Shown here piece by piece: positions 18,001 to 27,854 of a stretch of DNA of 64,000 bases. This DNA is from Bacteroidota bacterium (lineage in GTDB: Bacteria; Bacteroidota; Bacteroidia; NS11-12g; UBA955): NCBI GenBank assembly GCA_023957335.1, contig JAMLHC010000002.1, forward strand, positions 66,809 through 130,808, in the 5' to 3' direction. Under the pieces are notes generated by a model that was given only the letters and a program-made list of their open reading frames with translations, ran no database searches and was not told where the DNA came from. Each line of letters begins with the position of its first letter. Positions within the stretch are counted from its first letter, which is position 1. Position numbers and translations under genes: made by a program.

Positions 18001-20741
18001 TCAGCCTTACAAGTATCACAAACTGTATCGATTGGAATAACATTGCTTGTACTTGAACATCCAAATGAATTCACTCCAATAACATAATAACCACCTATGA
18101 TATTTGTAGAGTATGAATTACCGGTAGCGAGCAAAGTCGATGGTGATTTATACCAAGTATAGGTAGTACCCGTAACAGGAGCTGCCACAAACATATTCAC
18201 AGTACCAACAGCACCACAAAACAAATTGGGGTCAGGAGTGGAAATCGTAATATTAGGATTTGGGTTAATCATAATACTCTTGCTTGCGGTTGCAGTACCA
18301 CTACAAGTTCCACTGTATGTTACAGTAAGATTAACTACAAAATTTCCGGTTGAATTATAGATATGTGAAGTACTCGCGCCTGAGCCCGTTCCCGCATCTC
18401 CAAAATTCCAGCTATATGACATAGCAGGTGTAGAACTACTCATTGTAACTGAAGTACCTTTGCAAGCCGTAGGAGGAACGGACATTAATGGTGCAGGTGG
18501 AGCAATAACGATAATGGTTTTTGAACTTGAAATAGTTAGCCCGCAAACAGTTCTGATTACAGTCAAAGTTGCAGCACCGGTAAAATTGTTCCATTCAACA
18601 CCAATATTTGAAGTTCCTTGTCCACTCACAACGCTACCTGCTATAGTCGGAGAAATACTCCATGCGAAATTATCACCCGGTACATTTGTATTATAGCTGA
18701 CGGTTGAATTCGAACACACAGTATCCAAACCTATGATGGGTGCAGGTGTAAGAGGTAGAATACTATTAATGGTATCGCTCAACGCCAAGGACTTGCAGCC
18801 GGTCAATGGGTCTATCTGATATGCATTGAGAATATAAGGACCTGTACTGCCCCACATTACACTAATAGTTGTCCCACCCATCGTTGTAGGAGTGCCATTG
18901 ATTACATTCCATTCAATAGCAAAATTAGAAGAAGAAGGGAAAGCTATATAAGTATAAGGTTTGTTAGGACAAACCGGACTTGGACCTTTGATAGAATCAG
19001 GGGGCGGTGGTGCAGCATTAACTTTGAGGGTTATAGTTTGAGGGTCATTGCAATATTGCCCACTTGTGCTTTGTGCTGTAATATTAAAAAGTCCAGGACC
19101 AAAACTCCATGTAGGTACTATAAAAGGAACATTACCTAAAATGAGCATGGGTGGCGGGTTGGAAGAGCCTGTGATTGTCCATTGAATAAATCCCGGCACA
19201 TTAGGATATTGGTAAAAATTTATAGGATCATTATCACAAATTTCCGAAGGTCCACTGATAAATAATTTTGGTCGTGCAGTAACATTTAGGCTCGCTGTTC
19301 CACCACAATGTAATCCTTCTGTGCTTCCGGGCACATTATGGAAATAATCAACCGTAATATTACCGGATACAAACGGACTATTAAAAACAACAGTAATTTC
19401 ATGACTATTGATAGTATCACCTGACCACAGTGATACATTGGCAGGTAAGTGCCAACGAATACTGTCAATAGGAATATTGCATGCAATAGAATACTTAACA
19501 GGTTCGCCAAAGCAAACAAGGGTATCTCCATAAATTTGAGATACGGGTGTAATAATTGGCACTATTACAGATGTAGGTGAAGAACACATACCGCTACAAC
19601 CGGGCGTACTCAAAGTGATAACCCCGGGACCGGTCGAACCCCACATCACAGTAACAGAAGATTGAGTGCTGTCTCCCAAGATTGTTCCGTTGGACACAGT
19701 CCATTTGTAAGTTGGACATAGTGCGTTGGTGTGATAGGTTACAGTATTATCAGGACAAACAGTACTTATGCAAAATATTTCCGGTCCCGACATATTATCT
19801 ACAATTACTTTGATAGAGAATGTGTCTTTACATCTGCACTCATTCTGAACTACAAGTTGAACAATGTAAGTTCCGGCAGAGGAATATGAGTGTGTAGCAT
19901 TTGGAGCAGGTGCATTTTGCATTGTTGAGGTACCATCACCCCATATCCACTCATAAGTATAAAGCGGTGTGCCTGCACCTGCATAAGATTGATTGAAAAA
20001 TTGAATGGATTGATTTTTACAAACATTCACTACACCCCCAATCGCTGCGGGTAATGTTGTAAAAGCAGCATGCGGTTTACTAATAATGTCTATACATATT
20101 TCTTTTTCTCCAACACAACCAAATGAATCGGTTTCAATCACCTTAACCATTCCGGAGCCTATTCCTGTCCAATAAACATTAATAGAATTAGTGATGGTTG
20201 GTGTGTAATTAGCGGCTCCCGTGATTATCCAACTATATGTACTTCCCGGATGGTTTTGAACACTATATGTCACCCATGTTGAATCACATGCTTTTATACA
20301 AACCACTTCATCTCGTTGATCTGGTTTGCCGCCACCTTTTGGGTCTGTAATGCCGCATCCTACCGTGTAAGACGGCACTATAACCGGCTTGGGTTTAGGC
20401 TTGACAAATACGTTTATGATGGATGTACAAACTATCTGATTGAGTTGGTCTCTAATTACTAAAGTCACTTTGCCCCAACCGGTGCTTTGCCAAGTAACCG
20501 AAACCGATGTACCGGCACCCACTACTGTTCCTCCATATGCATTCCAAGTATATGAATATGTGCCTATGTTACCTGCCGTATAAGGACTTATCTGATTCTC
20601 ACACACAATCGTGTCTCCACTTACGGAGCATGATTGTGCACTTACGTGACTAGCAAACATGAATTGAAAGGAAAATAAAAGAACTGAAAATATAGTTATT
20701 AACAGTTTCTTGGGAAAATTTGGGTGTAGTAATAGTTTCAT
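15090..20741 (-). CDS. very large PKD/Ig-like repeat surface protein with T9SS type-A C-terminal domain
   Basis: 1883 aa with a signal peptide and many PKD-like repeats (e.g. YTYEWIWGDGTS...HSY..AGTY.V.L.V.N). The C-terminus (LAPNPANNSVAIYY...MDMTGRKL...LAVGTYLVKL) is a Por_Secre_tail. Confidence 0.8.
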   Translation of the reverse strand: MKLLLHPNFPKKLLITIFSVLLFSFQFMFASHVSAQSCSVSGDTIVCENQISPYTAGNIGTYSYTWNAYGGTVVGAGTSVSVTWQSTGWGKVTLVIRDQLNQIVCTSIINVFVKPKPKPVIVPSYTVGCGITDPKGGGKPDQRDEVVCIKACDSTWVTYSVQNHPGSTYSWIITGAANYTPTITNSINVYWTGIGSGMVKVIETDSFGCVGEKEICIDIISKPHAAFTTLPAAIGGVVNVCKNQSIQFFNQSYAGAGTPLYTYEWIWGDGTSTMQNAPAPNATHSYSSAGTYIVQLVVQNECRCKDTFSIKVIVDNMSGPEIFCISTVCPDNTVTYHTNALCPTYKWTVSNGTILGDSTQSSVTVMWGSTGPGVITLSTPGCSGMCSSPTSVIVPIITPVSQIYGDTLVCFGEPVKYSIACNIPIDSIRWHLPANVSLWSGDTINSHEITVVFNSPFVSGNITVDYFHNVPGSTEGLHCGGTASLNVTARPKLFISGPSEICDNDPINFYQYPNVPGFIQWTITGSSNPPPMLILGNVPFIVPTWSFGPGLFNITAQSTSGQYCNDPQTITLKVNAAPPPPDSIKGPSPVCPNKPYTYIAFPSSSNFAIEWNVINGTPTTMGGTTISVMWGSTGPYILNAYQIDPLTGCKSLALSDTINSILPLTPAPIIGLDTVCSNSTVSYNTNVPGDNFAWSISPTIAGSVVSGQGTSNIGVEWNNFTGAATLTVIRTVCGLTISSSKTIIVIAPPAPLMSVPPTACKGTSVTMSSSTPAMSYSWNFGDAGTGSGASTSHIYNSTGNFVVNLTVTYSGTCSGTATASKSIMINPNPNITISTPDPNLFCGAVGTVNMFVAAPVTGTTYTWYKSPSTLLATGNSYSTNIIGGYYVIGVNSFGCSSTSNVIPIDTVCDTCKADPAYTNNFSTIKLGCDKDSFIGTYTAGAFNPTWNFDDPFSGSNFASGTNVSHTFIEPGFYRVNFCVNVPDITGTDTCQICRMSVDTIKYIPDFFDSLYCSGGGFNVKFINNTKRLSTLPIPSYAWLITPGSYTSTLANPIFALPSGTYTVSLTVNGTCVKTKTLVVPPMPQALFTLADSVCQGSPVAFVNTSIGYTQSKWYFGDGATSLITNPNRTYSVAGTYTASLVVSNLYGCSDSAFKSVVVMPNTLSGVIAPSDTTICEGDSVLYKVTPAGGYPPYQYLWSSIASTQSIWAKYTGSYYVDLKDSKGCMFRTAPVNVMVNPVPRPEIHGKKHICINTFYKFSVNYPASGGYTINWTLLPDNATSSGMNTFSYNYSSPGSKVLYVKVTGPTGCFGYDSLYFSVHSNPIASIATVGNLCEGQVNQLIGSSVSPNIVQSFWNNGWNQDTLNTTVPDQYVYTVIDTFGCKASAAVNVNPLPDFCGYQSGCYEICDTVQELVWYAPKGYYSYQWYYNGSPITGAVNDTLHIPLYQSGSYQVEITTVFGCKAMSKPTDIKFVKCNKPDCVWKIEATVKCNRINPETGLMTYNITLSVFNGFASSATLNVIPASGTISGSMPVTVLPNWNTFGFTYNPSVPSATACFTLLQNFKDIRCDTSICITLPNCDLIPCKGEVKFEKFDCAGLDANGHPQYYACVNVNWGGSPGSTFTVNTPSGTVVPNTFTLNTGAQTFCFTFTDMPPYTSPSTFYFSFYDPKAEKACRDSLSIKHEPCKEPCKLETYNNCARCLSEEIGISTYELDITLYNPFATNASVTVLPIGAGTFGSVIPNPVAPGMQTIKITFTDNPPKDTLICFKVILTDLKGNKCMTELCMYLPPCDYLGVKQAGVQSASMKLAPNPANNSVAIYYNVSNGSKPLFEIMDMTGRKLMEVQSTSANGEVLVNLQDLAVGTYLVKLISDGNNLQIQRLVIVK

Positions 20742-20907
20742 ACGCTATTTAAATTTAGTAATACAATATTACATCATACTTAAACAACACCACCAAAGAA
20801 ATTTTAAAAAAAAACGGACAAAGTCATATTTTATTTCTTAGTCGAAAAAACACTTAATTCTTCATAAAGGACTTAGACAATCACTAATTTTAGTGTAGTA
20901 TAGCAGC

Positions 20908-22101
20908 ATGAAATTCAGCTTATTCAAAGCACTCATTTTATTCGGATTACTATCTTTTTCCCAAAATGGAATCTGCCAAGACAACACTGTTTACACCTCG
21001 ATTAAAGAGGCACTTAAAAACAAAAAAAATGTCCAATTTCTAGATTTATCAGGACAAGAACTTCGCAAGGTTCCACGCAAGATTAAAAAGTTTAAGAACC
21101 TCAAACAACTTGATCTTTCCGAAAACTTAATTACAGAACTACCAAAGTTTTTGGCAAAAATGCCTCATTTGCAAAAACTTGACTTAAATACAAACAGACT
21201 TACTAAGATACCCAAGAATTTCAATAAGATGAAGAGCCTTGAGGTGCTTGAACTGTCAAATAATTACTTTGATGTGTTTCCTGCGGAAATTTTGCAGTTA
21301 CATAAAATTGAGGAACTTTGGTTCAGAAATAATAAACTCACTGCCGTCCCTAATGAAATAAGCAATCTGAGCAATCTGCGCATCATTGATTTTAGCGGCA
21401 ACCAAATTGAACTCATACCCGCTTCAATTGGTTCACTCAAAAAGTTGTATCAACTTCGATTTTCAAACAACAAACTAAAATCTATTCCTGATGAAATAGG
21501 CAACCTCACTGCATTAATAGATTTCAGGGTATCGCAAAATCAATTGAGCAAACTGCCAAATCTTTTTGGGAAACTTTATGAATTAAGGGTTTTTGAAGCA
21601 AATGATAATTTGTTTACAACCCTGCCAGATAATTTTGGAGATTTATACCAATTAGATGAAGTCTTTCTTGGCAAGAACCAACTCTCTTCGCTACCTAAAA
21701 GCTTTCCCAAGCTGCGCAGACTACAAGTTTTAAATCTTGAAGGTAATAAATTTGATTCGATTCCAAAGCAAATATATTCTCTTCCTCTGTTATCAAACCT
21801 TGATTTGAGTTATAATCAGATTAAAGCCGTTCCATCTGATATCAGAAAACTGCAAAAACTCAACATATTGGATTTGCGTGGCAATGAAATCAACTATATC
21901 GACAAAGATATCAGTAAGATTAGATTTTTATCTAAACTGTGGTTGGGCGACAATCAAATCACTCAGCTGCCGGAGGAAATGAAATCACTCAAATGGCTTG
22001 AGATTATAAGCCTTTACAACAATCCTATTTCAGAAAAGCACAAAGCTGAAATTCAGGAATGGTACAAAGAAAACGACCCAAAATGCTCGATTTCATTTTA
22101 G
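20908..22101 (+). CDS. leucine-rich repeat (LRR) protein, secreted
   Basis: Signal peptide plus about 14 tandem 23-aa LxxLxxLxLxxNxL(T/S)xLPxxIxx repeats of the eukaryote-like 'typical' LRR class. Confidence 0.8.
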   Translation: MKFSLFKALILFGLLSFSQNGICQDNTVYTSIKEALKNKKNVQFLDLSGQELRKVPRKIKKFKNLKQLDLSENLITELPKFLAKMPHLQKLDLNTNRLTKIPKNFNKMKSLEVLELSNNYFDVFPAEILQLHKIEELWFRNNKLTAVPNEISNLSNLRIIDFSGNQIELIPASIGSLKKLYQLRFSNNKLKSIPDEIGNLTALIDFRVSQNQLSKLPNLFGKLYELRVFEANDNLFTTLPDNFGDLYQLDEVFLGKNQLSSLPKSFPKLRRLQVLNLEGNKFDSIPKQIYSLPLLSNLDLSYNQIKAVPSDIRKLQKLNILDLRGNEINYIDKDISKIRFLSKLWLGDNQITQLPEEMKSLKWLEIISLYNNPISEKHKAEIQEWYKENDPKCSISF

Positions 22102-22145
22102 GTTAAATCGGCTTTACTTTTGCAATCCAATAACAACTTGTAATT

Positions 22146-23417
22146 TTGTTCATCATGAAACGTCTTGTTCTTCTTTTCAGTCTTGCATTTTGCAGTTTGT
22201 ATGTAAAAGCTGCTAAGTTGCTTATTCCTATGGATGAAGTTCAAAAAGAACATCTTAAAGCATACGGTGTAACATATTGGGTGCTGGCGCAGGGAGGAGA
22301 AGGCAAATGGTTACTCAATTACAGAGGAGGTAGTTTTATGTTTGACTACCTAAAAAATATTGAGAAGGAGTGCTTGGTAAGGGGCGTCACCTACGAAATA
22401 GTACCGGATGCAAACGCAAATGCCATCTATGCCACTATTGCTAACCCGGAGGTCAATATGGAAACTGTCAAATTATTAAAAGCACCTAAAATTGCCGTCT
22501 ATTCACCCAAAGAGAAAAAACCTTGGGACGATGCGGTAACTTTAGTTCTCACCTATGCTGAAATTCCTTATGATATCATTTATGACGATGAAGTTATGAA
22601 TGACAAACTCGCTCTTTATGATTGGTTGCATTTGCACCATGAGGATTTTACGGGACAATACGGAAAATTTTGGGCAAACTACCGTAACATGCCTTGGTAT
22701 AAAGAAGAAGTGAGGGCAAATGAAGCAACTGCAGCAAAATACGGTTTTCAAAAGGTATCTCAACTAAAACTTGCCGTTTCCAAAAAAATCAGAGATTATG
22801 TTTTGGGAGGAGGCTTTTTGTTCGCCATGTGCTCAGCAACTGATTCTTATGATATAGCACTTGCAGCAGATGGCGTGGATATTTGCGAGAGTATGTTTGA
22901 TGGAGACCCCATCGACCCACAAGCGCAAAGCAAACTGAACTTTGACAATACTTTTGCATTTCAAGATTTTGACTTAATTACCAATCCCTATATTTACGAA
23001 TTCAGTTCTATTGACGTGCAACCCAACGAAAGACAAGGGATAAGAGAAGAAAACGACTTCTTTACATTGTTTGAGTTTTCTGCCAAATACGATGTCATTC
23101 CTACCATTTTAACACAAGACCATACCCGCACTATCAAAGCCTTTTACGGACAAACAACTGCTTTCAAAAGTAAATATGTCAAACCCAACGTAACTATCTT
23201 AGGTGAAAACACCTCTTTGGGTGAAGCGCGTTACATACATGGAACTATGGGCAAGGGCACTTGGACTTTTTATGGTGGACACGACCCCGAAGACTATCAA
23301 CATTATGTAGGAGAACCACCTACCGAGCTTTCGCTGCACCCTAACTCTCCCGGGTACAGATTAATTCTCAACAATATTCTTTTTCCATCCGCTAAGAAAA
23401 AAGAGATTAAAACCTAA
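22146..23417 (+). CDS. hypothetical secreted protein, possibly with a class-I glutamine-amidotransferase-like fold
   Basis: Signal peptide. GGGFLFAMCSATDS resembles a nucleophile-elbow Cys motif. No confident family assignment. Confidence 0.35.
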   Translation: MFIMKRLVLLFSLAFCSLYVKAAKLLIPMDEVQKEHLKAYGVTYWVLAQGGEGKWLLNYRGGSFMFDYLKNIEKECLVRGVTYEIVPDANANAIYATIANPEVNMETVKLLKAPKIAVYSPKEKKPWDDAVTLVLTYAEIPYDIIYDDEVMNDKLALYDWLHLHHEDFTGQYGKFWANYRNMPWYKEEVRANEATAAKYGFQKVSQLKLAVSKKIRDYVLGGGFLFAMCSATDSYDIALAADGVDICESMFDGDPIDPQAQSKLNFDNTFAFQDFDLITNPYIYEFSSIDVQPNERQGIREENDFFTLFEFSAKYDVIPTILTQDHTRTIKAFYGQTTAFKSKYVKPNVTILGENTSLGEARYIHGTMGKGTWTFYGGHDPEDYQHYVGEPPTELSLHPNSPGYRLILNNILFPSAKKKEIKT

Positions 23418-24205
23418 CTCCTACTCTCCGCCTCTCCTATTCCGAATAGCGCAAAGTCATATTTAACAGGGTCAATGGCATCATATTCTCTGAGCTTTTG
23501 TGTTAACAAAACTGCATTTTTCCAATCAGATTTGGAATTATCCAGTAACCCTATTTGTACTGCTGTTCGCAAAACGTGAACATCCAAAGGACAAATCAGT
23601 TGTGCAGGCGAAATATGATTCCAAATCCCGAAATCAATATTCAATTCATCCTTACGCACCATCCACCTCAAGAACATATTAAGCCTTTTGCATGCGCTTC
23701 CTTGTATCGGAGAAGCAATGTGTTTGCCTGTTCGCTTGGGAAACCACTCCGAAGAAACAAACCTATTCCTGAATCGATTCAACCCTGTTTCAACTGCATT
23801 TTGAGAAGTATCAAACGTGGGGAACAGTGCATTCTCTAAGCTATCCATTTCAGAATAAATTTCTTTTAGAAAATAAATAAAGTAGAATAGGTCTGTACTG
23901 TTAAATGTTCGGTGAACAAAGTTTGACAAGTGTTTCAGGTCACTTTCGCAATGATTTAAAATAAAGTCATGCGGACTGTTGTCAAATAAAGATATTAAGT
24001 CTGTGCATTTTTTTACAATAGTCTTGCGTTGTCCCCAAGCCAGTATTGCCGCCAAAAATCCCATGATTTCAATATCCTGCTTTTGTGAAAATCTATGTGG
24101 AATAGAAATCGGGTCAAAAGGAATAAAATCCTGTTGATGAAAACGACAATAAGCATCGTCTAAAATTTTTTTGAGTTTAGCGTCCATAGTTTGATACTTG
24201 TCCAT
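23414..24205 (-). CDS. conserved hypothetical protein (TIGR02757/DUF2400-like)
   Basis: 263-aa soluble protein recalled as resembling this family. Motif memory only. Confidence 0.35.
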   Translation of the reverse strand: MDKYQTMDAKLKKILDDAYCRFHQQDFIPFDPISIPHRFSQKQDIEIMGFLAAILAWGQRKTIVKKCTDLISLFDNSPHDFILNHCESDLKHLSNFVHRTFNSTDLFYFIYFLKEIYSEMDSLENALFPTFDTSQNAVETGLNRFRNRFVSSEWFPKRTGKHIASPIQGSACKRLNMFLRWMVRKDELNIDFGIWNHISPAQLICPLDVHVLRTAVQIGLLDNSKSDWKNAVLLTQKLREYDAIDPVKYDFALFGIGEAESRS

Positions 24206-24273
24206 TCACAATCAATCTGCCATTCATAATAGACACGTTATGAACCTGCTTGATTTATAAGATAAAATTGATT

Positions 24274-24399
24274 TTAAAAATCACAATTACACTTTTGGTT
24301 GAATCGAGAGGTTCCTTTTTTTCTGCTTCCGCATGAATCCAGGATGATTACTGCCAACAAGGCAACAATCATCAGCAGAACCAAAGACTTTGTTTTCAT
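24274..24399 (-). CDS. candidate 41-aa small lipoprotein
   Basis: Hand translation gives MKTKSLVLLMIVALLAVIILDSCGSRKKGTSRFNQKCNCDF: a signal peptide, an L-D-S-C lipobox and a Cys-rich tail. It is below the 60-aa cutoff of the ORF track. Confidence 0.3.
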   Translation of the reverse strand: MKTKSLVLLMIVALLAVIILDSCGSRKKGTSRFNQKCNCDF

Positions 24400-24493
24400 T
24401 GGTGCAAAGATGAGCGATTGACCGAACATTACAATAATCAATTCTCAGACTTGATTAAAACATAAATTTGCCGCATTAATAGTCCGGATTACA

Positions 24494-25726
24494 GTGAAAA
24501 CAGAAATACTGACAATAGGTGATGAAATACTAATCGGGCAAATAACAGATACAAATAGTGCATGGATTGCCAATCGGTTGTTGCAAGAAAACATCCTTAT
24601 TAATCGCATGATATCACTTGCAGATAAACGTACTGAAATGCTTGAAGTGATTGATTGTGCGTTCCAACGCTCAGATGTAGTAATTATCACGGGCGGATTA
24701 GGACCCACCAAAGACGACCTAACAAAAGAAGTGTTAGCAGAATATTTCGAGAGCGGTTGGCATTGGGACGAGGAAAGCCTTCGCATAATTGACAAACTTT
24801 TCAGCCAAAGAAATCGAGAACTCAAAGAAATAAACAAAAAACAAGCCTACCTACCCGACAATTGCAAAGCCATTGCTAATCATTGGGGAACCGCACCGGG
24901 CATGTTATTTCAAAAAAACAATAAGATACTCATCTCTCTTCCGGGGGTTCCATTCGAAATGCAAAATATGATGGACACCTATGTTGTAAACGAAATTAAA
25001 AAACGTTTTAAGCCGACTCCTGTGCTAGTGCACCACTTTTTAACCGTGAATGTACCGGAATCACTGTTGGCTGAGCGACTTGCCGAAGTAGAAGATAGTT
25101 TGCCCAAGCATTTCAAACTCGCCTATTTGCCTCATTTGAATATTGTCAGACTCAGACTTACTTGCAGCATTGAAAACGAACAGATAGACAAAACACTCTT
25201 TGATGATTTTGTTTCTCGATTTAGGGCAAAACTTGGCAACGATTTGGTTACTGAACAAAATATCAGTTTGGAAGAACACATTTACAATTTATTAAAAGCA
25301 AAAAATAAGACAATTTCATTTGCTGAAAGTTGCACAGGCGGATTAATTTCGAGTAGTTTCACTCAAACTCCGGGAGTTTCGGCAGTGTATAGCGGAGCTG
25401 TTATTTCGTATTCAAACGAAGTTAAGAACAAAGTTTTAGGTGTTCCGGAAATACTTTTGTCCAAGCATGGTGCAGTAAGCGCGGAAGTAGCAAGTGCAAT
25501 GGCAGAAGGATGTCGCCTGCATTTGAATTCAGATTATGCTCTTTCAGTAACCGGCATTGCGGGACCCGATGGTGGCACAGAAGAAAAACCGGTGGGCACT
25601 GTATATATTGGCTTAAGTTCAGCACATGGCACTATCACAGAAAAACTTTTTTATCCGGCAAAAAGACATAGAATTATGGAATACTCCATGATTGCAGTTT
25701 TCAATCTATTGCGAAGAAACTTATAA
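24494..25726 (+). CDS. cinA: CinA family competence/damage-inducible protein (MoCF-binding domain plus PncC-like NMN deamidase domain)
   Basis: MKTEILTIGDEILIGQITDTNSAWIA start, and the C-terminal CinA domain (ESCTGGL...AVISYSNEVK). Confidence 0.85.
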   Translation: MKTEILTIGDEILIGQITDTNSAWIANRLLQENILINRMISLADKRTEMLEVIDCAFQRSDVVIITGGLGPTKDDLTKEVLAEYFESGWHWDEESLRIIDKLFSQRNRELKEINKKQAYLPDNCKAIANHWGTAPGMLFQKNNKILISLPGVPFEMQNMMDTYVVNEIKKRFKPTPVLVHHFLTVNVPESLLAERLAEVEDSLPKHFKLAYLPHLNIVRLRLTCSIENEQIDKTLFDDFVSRFRAKLGNDLVTEQNISLEEHIYNLLKAKNKTISFAESCTGGLISSSFTQTPGVSAVYSGAVISYSNEVKNKVLGVPEILLSKHGAVSAEVASAMAEGCRLHLNSDYALSVTGIAGPDGGTEEKPVGTVYIGLSSAHGTITEKLFYPAKRHRIMEYSMIAVFNLLRRNL

Positions 25727-25833
25727 ATCCAGATAAAAGGAATTGGCAAACACCCCTTTCTTTTCGTTATGAAGTTGACTAAGAAAAGAAATTGTGCTTT
25801 ATTTTGCTGCATTATAACTAAAAGCAAATCAAG

Positions 25834-26715
25834 ATGAAAAAATTATTATTGAGTACACTCACGGCAGGCATGCTGTTCGCAGGAAACAATGTGAATGCAC
25901 AACAAATTTCATTTCCAAGCCCAAGCACTACAAGCACAATTAAACAACAATTTGCAACCTCTTTTGTTGAATTGTCATATTCTCGCCCAAGCGTAAAAGG
26001 CAGAGTTATTTTTGGAGGGCTTGTCCCCTTTGAACAAATTTGGCGTACCGGTGCGAATAGTGCCACAACCATTGAGTTCGGACAAGATGTAATCATCAAT
26101 AACCAAACAATAGCCAAAGGCAAATACGGTCTATTGACCATCCCTAATGAAAAACAATGGACAATCATCATTACCAAAGACCTAAACGTAACGGGAGCCG
26201 GTTCGTACAAACAGGAAAATGATGTTGTAAGAGTAGAAGCTCCTGTGAGTATGCTTAGCGATGTTCAAGAAACATTTACTATTGAATGTAATAATATCAC
26301 TGACAACTCTTTTTCATTAGACTTAAAATGGGACAAAACCAAGGTAAGCGTTGCCGTTACTGCAAATTTTGATGCAGAATTGGTGAAGCAAATAGAGAAA
26401 ACAATGTCTAATGATACTCGCCCTTACTATGCAGCGGCTTCTTACTACTATAACAACAGAAAAGATATGAAGAAAGCCCTCGAATGGATTAATAAAGCTG
26501 ACGAGCTAACCCCGGGCAGATATTGGGTTCAGACTTTAAAAGCTAAAATCCAGTTTGAAAATCAACTCTACACAGAAGCAGTAGAAACTGCAGAACAAGC
26601 CAAAGCCAACGCAGAGAAAGCAGGTGTTACATCTTATGTGAATGACTTAAATGCTTTGATTGAAAATATTAAGAAAAATCCCGCTTATAAAGCTCCGAAG
26701 GGTAAGAAAAAATAA
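25834..26715 (+). CDS. secreted DUF2911-like protein
   Basis: Signal peptide, then W.TGAN.ATTIEF...L.IPNEKQWTIII, then a C-terminal helical repeat region. Confidence 0.4.
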   Translation: MKKLLLSTLTAGMLFAGNNVNAQQISFPSPSTTSTIKQQFATSFVELSYSRPSVKGRVIFGGLVPFEQIWRTGANSATTIEFGQDVIINNQTIAKGKYGLLTIPNEKQWTIIITKDLNVTGAGSYKQENDVVRVEAPVSMLSDVQETFTIECNNITDNSFSLDLKWDKTKVSVAVTANFDAELVKQIEKTMSNDTRPYYAAASYYYNNRKDMKKALEWINKADELTPGRYWVQTLKAKIQFENQLYTEAVETAEQAKANAEKAGVTSYVNDLNALIENIKKNPAYKAPKGKKK

Positions 26716-26737
26716 TTTAAAAATTTCTCGACCTCAA

Positions 26738-26776
26738 AGCCCCTTCATGATGAAATTGTGAAGGGGTTTTTATTTT
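26738..26776. terminator. rho-independent terminator
   Basis: GCCCCTTCA ... TGAAGGGG stem followed by TTTTTATTTT, just after the stop at 26715. Confidence 0.6.
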
Positions 26777-27602
26777 AAAGAAGGTATATAATTGGAAGAA
26801 CAAAAACCATATCTGTCCAAAATCTATAAATTCTTTTGGGCTTGGTATATTCGCAAAGGATACGAACAATTAACAGTTGCAACTGCATTGCCATAAAAAT
26901 TGGTTTGTCAAGCGAGTATCCATCTGAATACCACAAATCTGCTAAGAGTGCAAAATTGATCAAAGCACATATATCCAACAACCAAACTACAAAAGGGATT
27001 CCCGAATCTATCGCCAGTGTAGGATTATTATTCTTCATATCTTGTTCATAGTCAATCCACGAAAAGAGCAACATATTCTGAAAACAAATCACAAATAAAC
27101 TCAACAACAACAACCATTGAATCTCGGCAGAAGAAATCCAAGCAGTAATACCTCCAAGAGCCATAGTAGCAACAAGAGAAATCCATAATTCCTTGAGTTT
27201 CCCTTGCCATTTTTTAGCTGCAAATTTTCTAAACAGGTAATAGCCTAAAACTAAAATCGCCACCGCACATCCCGGCATAATATATACCCTGCGTAATTGA
27301 GTAAAAAAAAGGATAGAAGCTATGATGATTGAGACTGCTGTAAGTGCAAACCAGAATTTCTTAAACCGGTACAAAATCCAAAAAGGCTCACCATAAGCTA
27401 CATGCCCTACAGATTTAAGGTCTGAGAAATGGTCATAAAGATAAATAGCAAAAATCCCAATACTGCATATCAACACAATAGGATAATAGAACTCAACTTG
27501 ATGAAGCTTTGCAAAAAAAGTAAAACTTATTGCCCCACCTGCAACAATAGGCAAACTCAAATCAGAAATCGCCATCAATATATTGCTGACAAATTTCTTC
27601 AA
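26775..27602 (-). CDS. hypothetical polytopic membrane protein
   Basis: 275 aa with about 8 predicted TM helices. No motif recognised. Confidence 0.35.
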   Translation of the reverse strand: MKKFVSNILMAISDLSLPIVAGGAISFTFFAKLHQVEFYYPIVLICSIGIFAIYLYDHFSDLKSVGHVAYGEPFWILYRFKKFWFALTAVSIIIASILFFTQLRRVYIMPGCAVAILVLGYYLFRKFAAKKWQGKLKELWISLVATMALGGITAWISSAEIQWLLLLSLFVICFQNMLLFSWIDYEQDMKNNNPTLAIDSGIPFVVWLLDICALINFALLADLWYSDGYSLDKPIFMAMQLQLLIVRILCEYTKPKRIYRFWTDMVFVLPIIYLL

Positions 27603-27605
27603 AGG

Positions 27606-27848
27606 CTAAATATTTACCGCAATCACTTTATTGATTTCGGGAACTGCTTTTCTGATTGCGCCTTCAATACCTGCCTTCATGGTCATCGCACTCATGGAAC
27701 AAGACACGCAATTACCCATCAATTTGATATTGGCATTTTTTTCAGAGTCAATGTTAACCAATTCAACATCACCGCCATCCATTTGCAAAAAAGGTCTTAT
27801 TGATTCCAATGCTTCTTTAACCCTTCCGATTAGTTCTGTTTCACTCAT
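27606..27848 (-). CDS. nfuA: NifU-like (Nfu) Fe-S cluster scaffold/carrier
   Basis: 80 aa with the Nfu C-terminal domain, including the CxxC motif (GNCVSCSMS) and ...MDGGDVELV... Confidence 0.8.
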   Translation of the reverse strand: MSETELIGRVKEALESIRPFLQMDGGDVELVNIDSEKNANIKLMGNCVSCSMSAMTMKAGIEGAIRKAVPEINKVIAVNI

Positions 27849-27854
27849 AAAATA

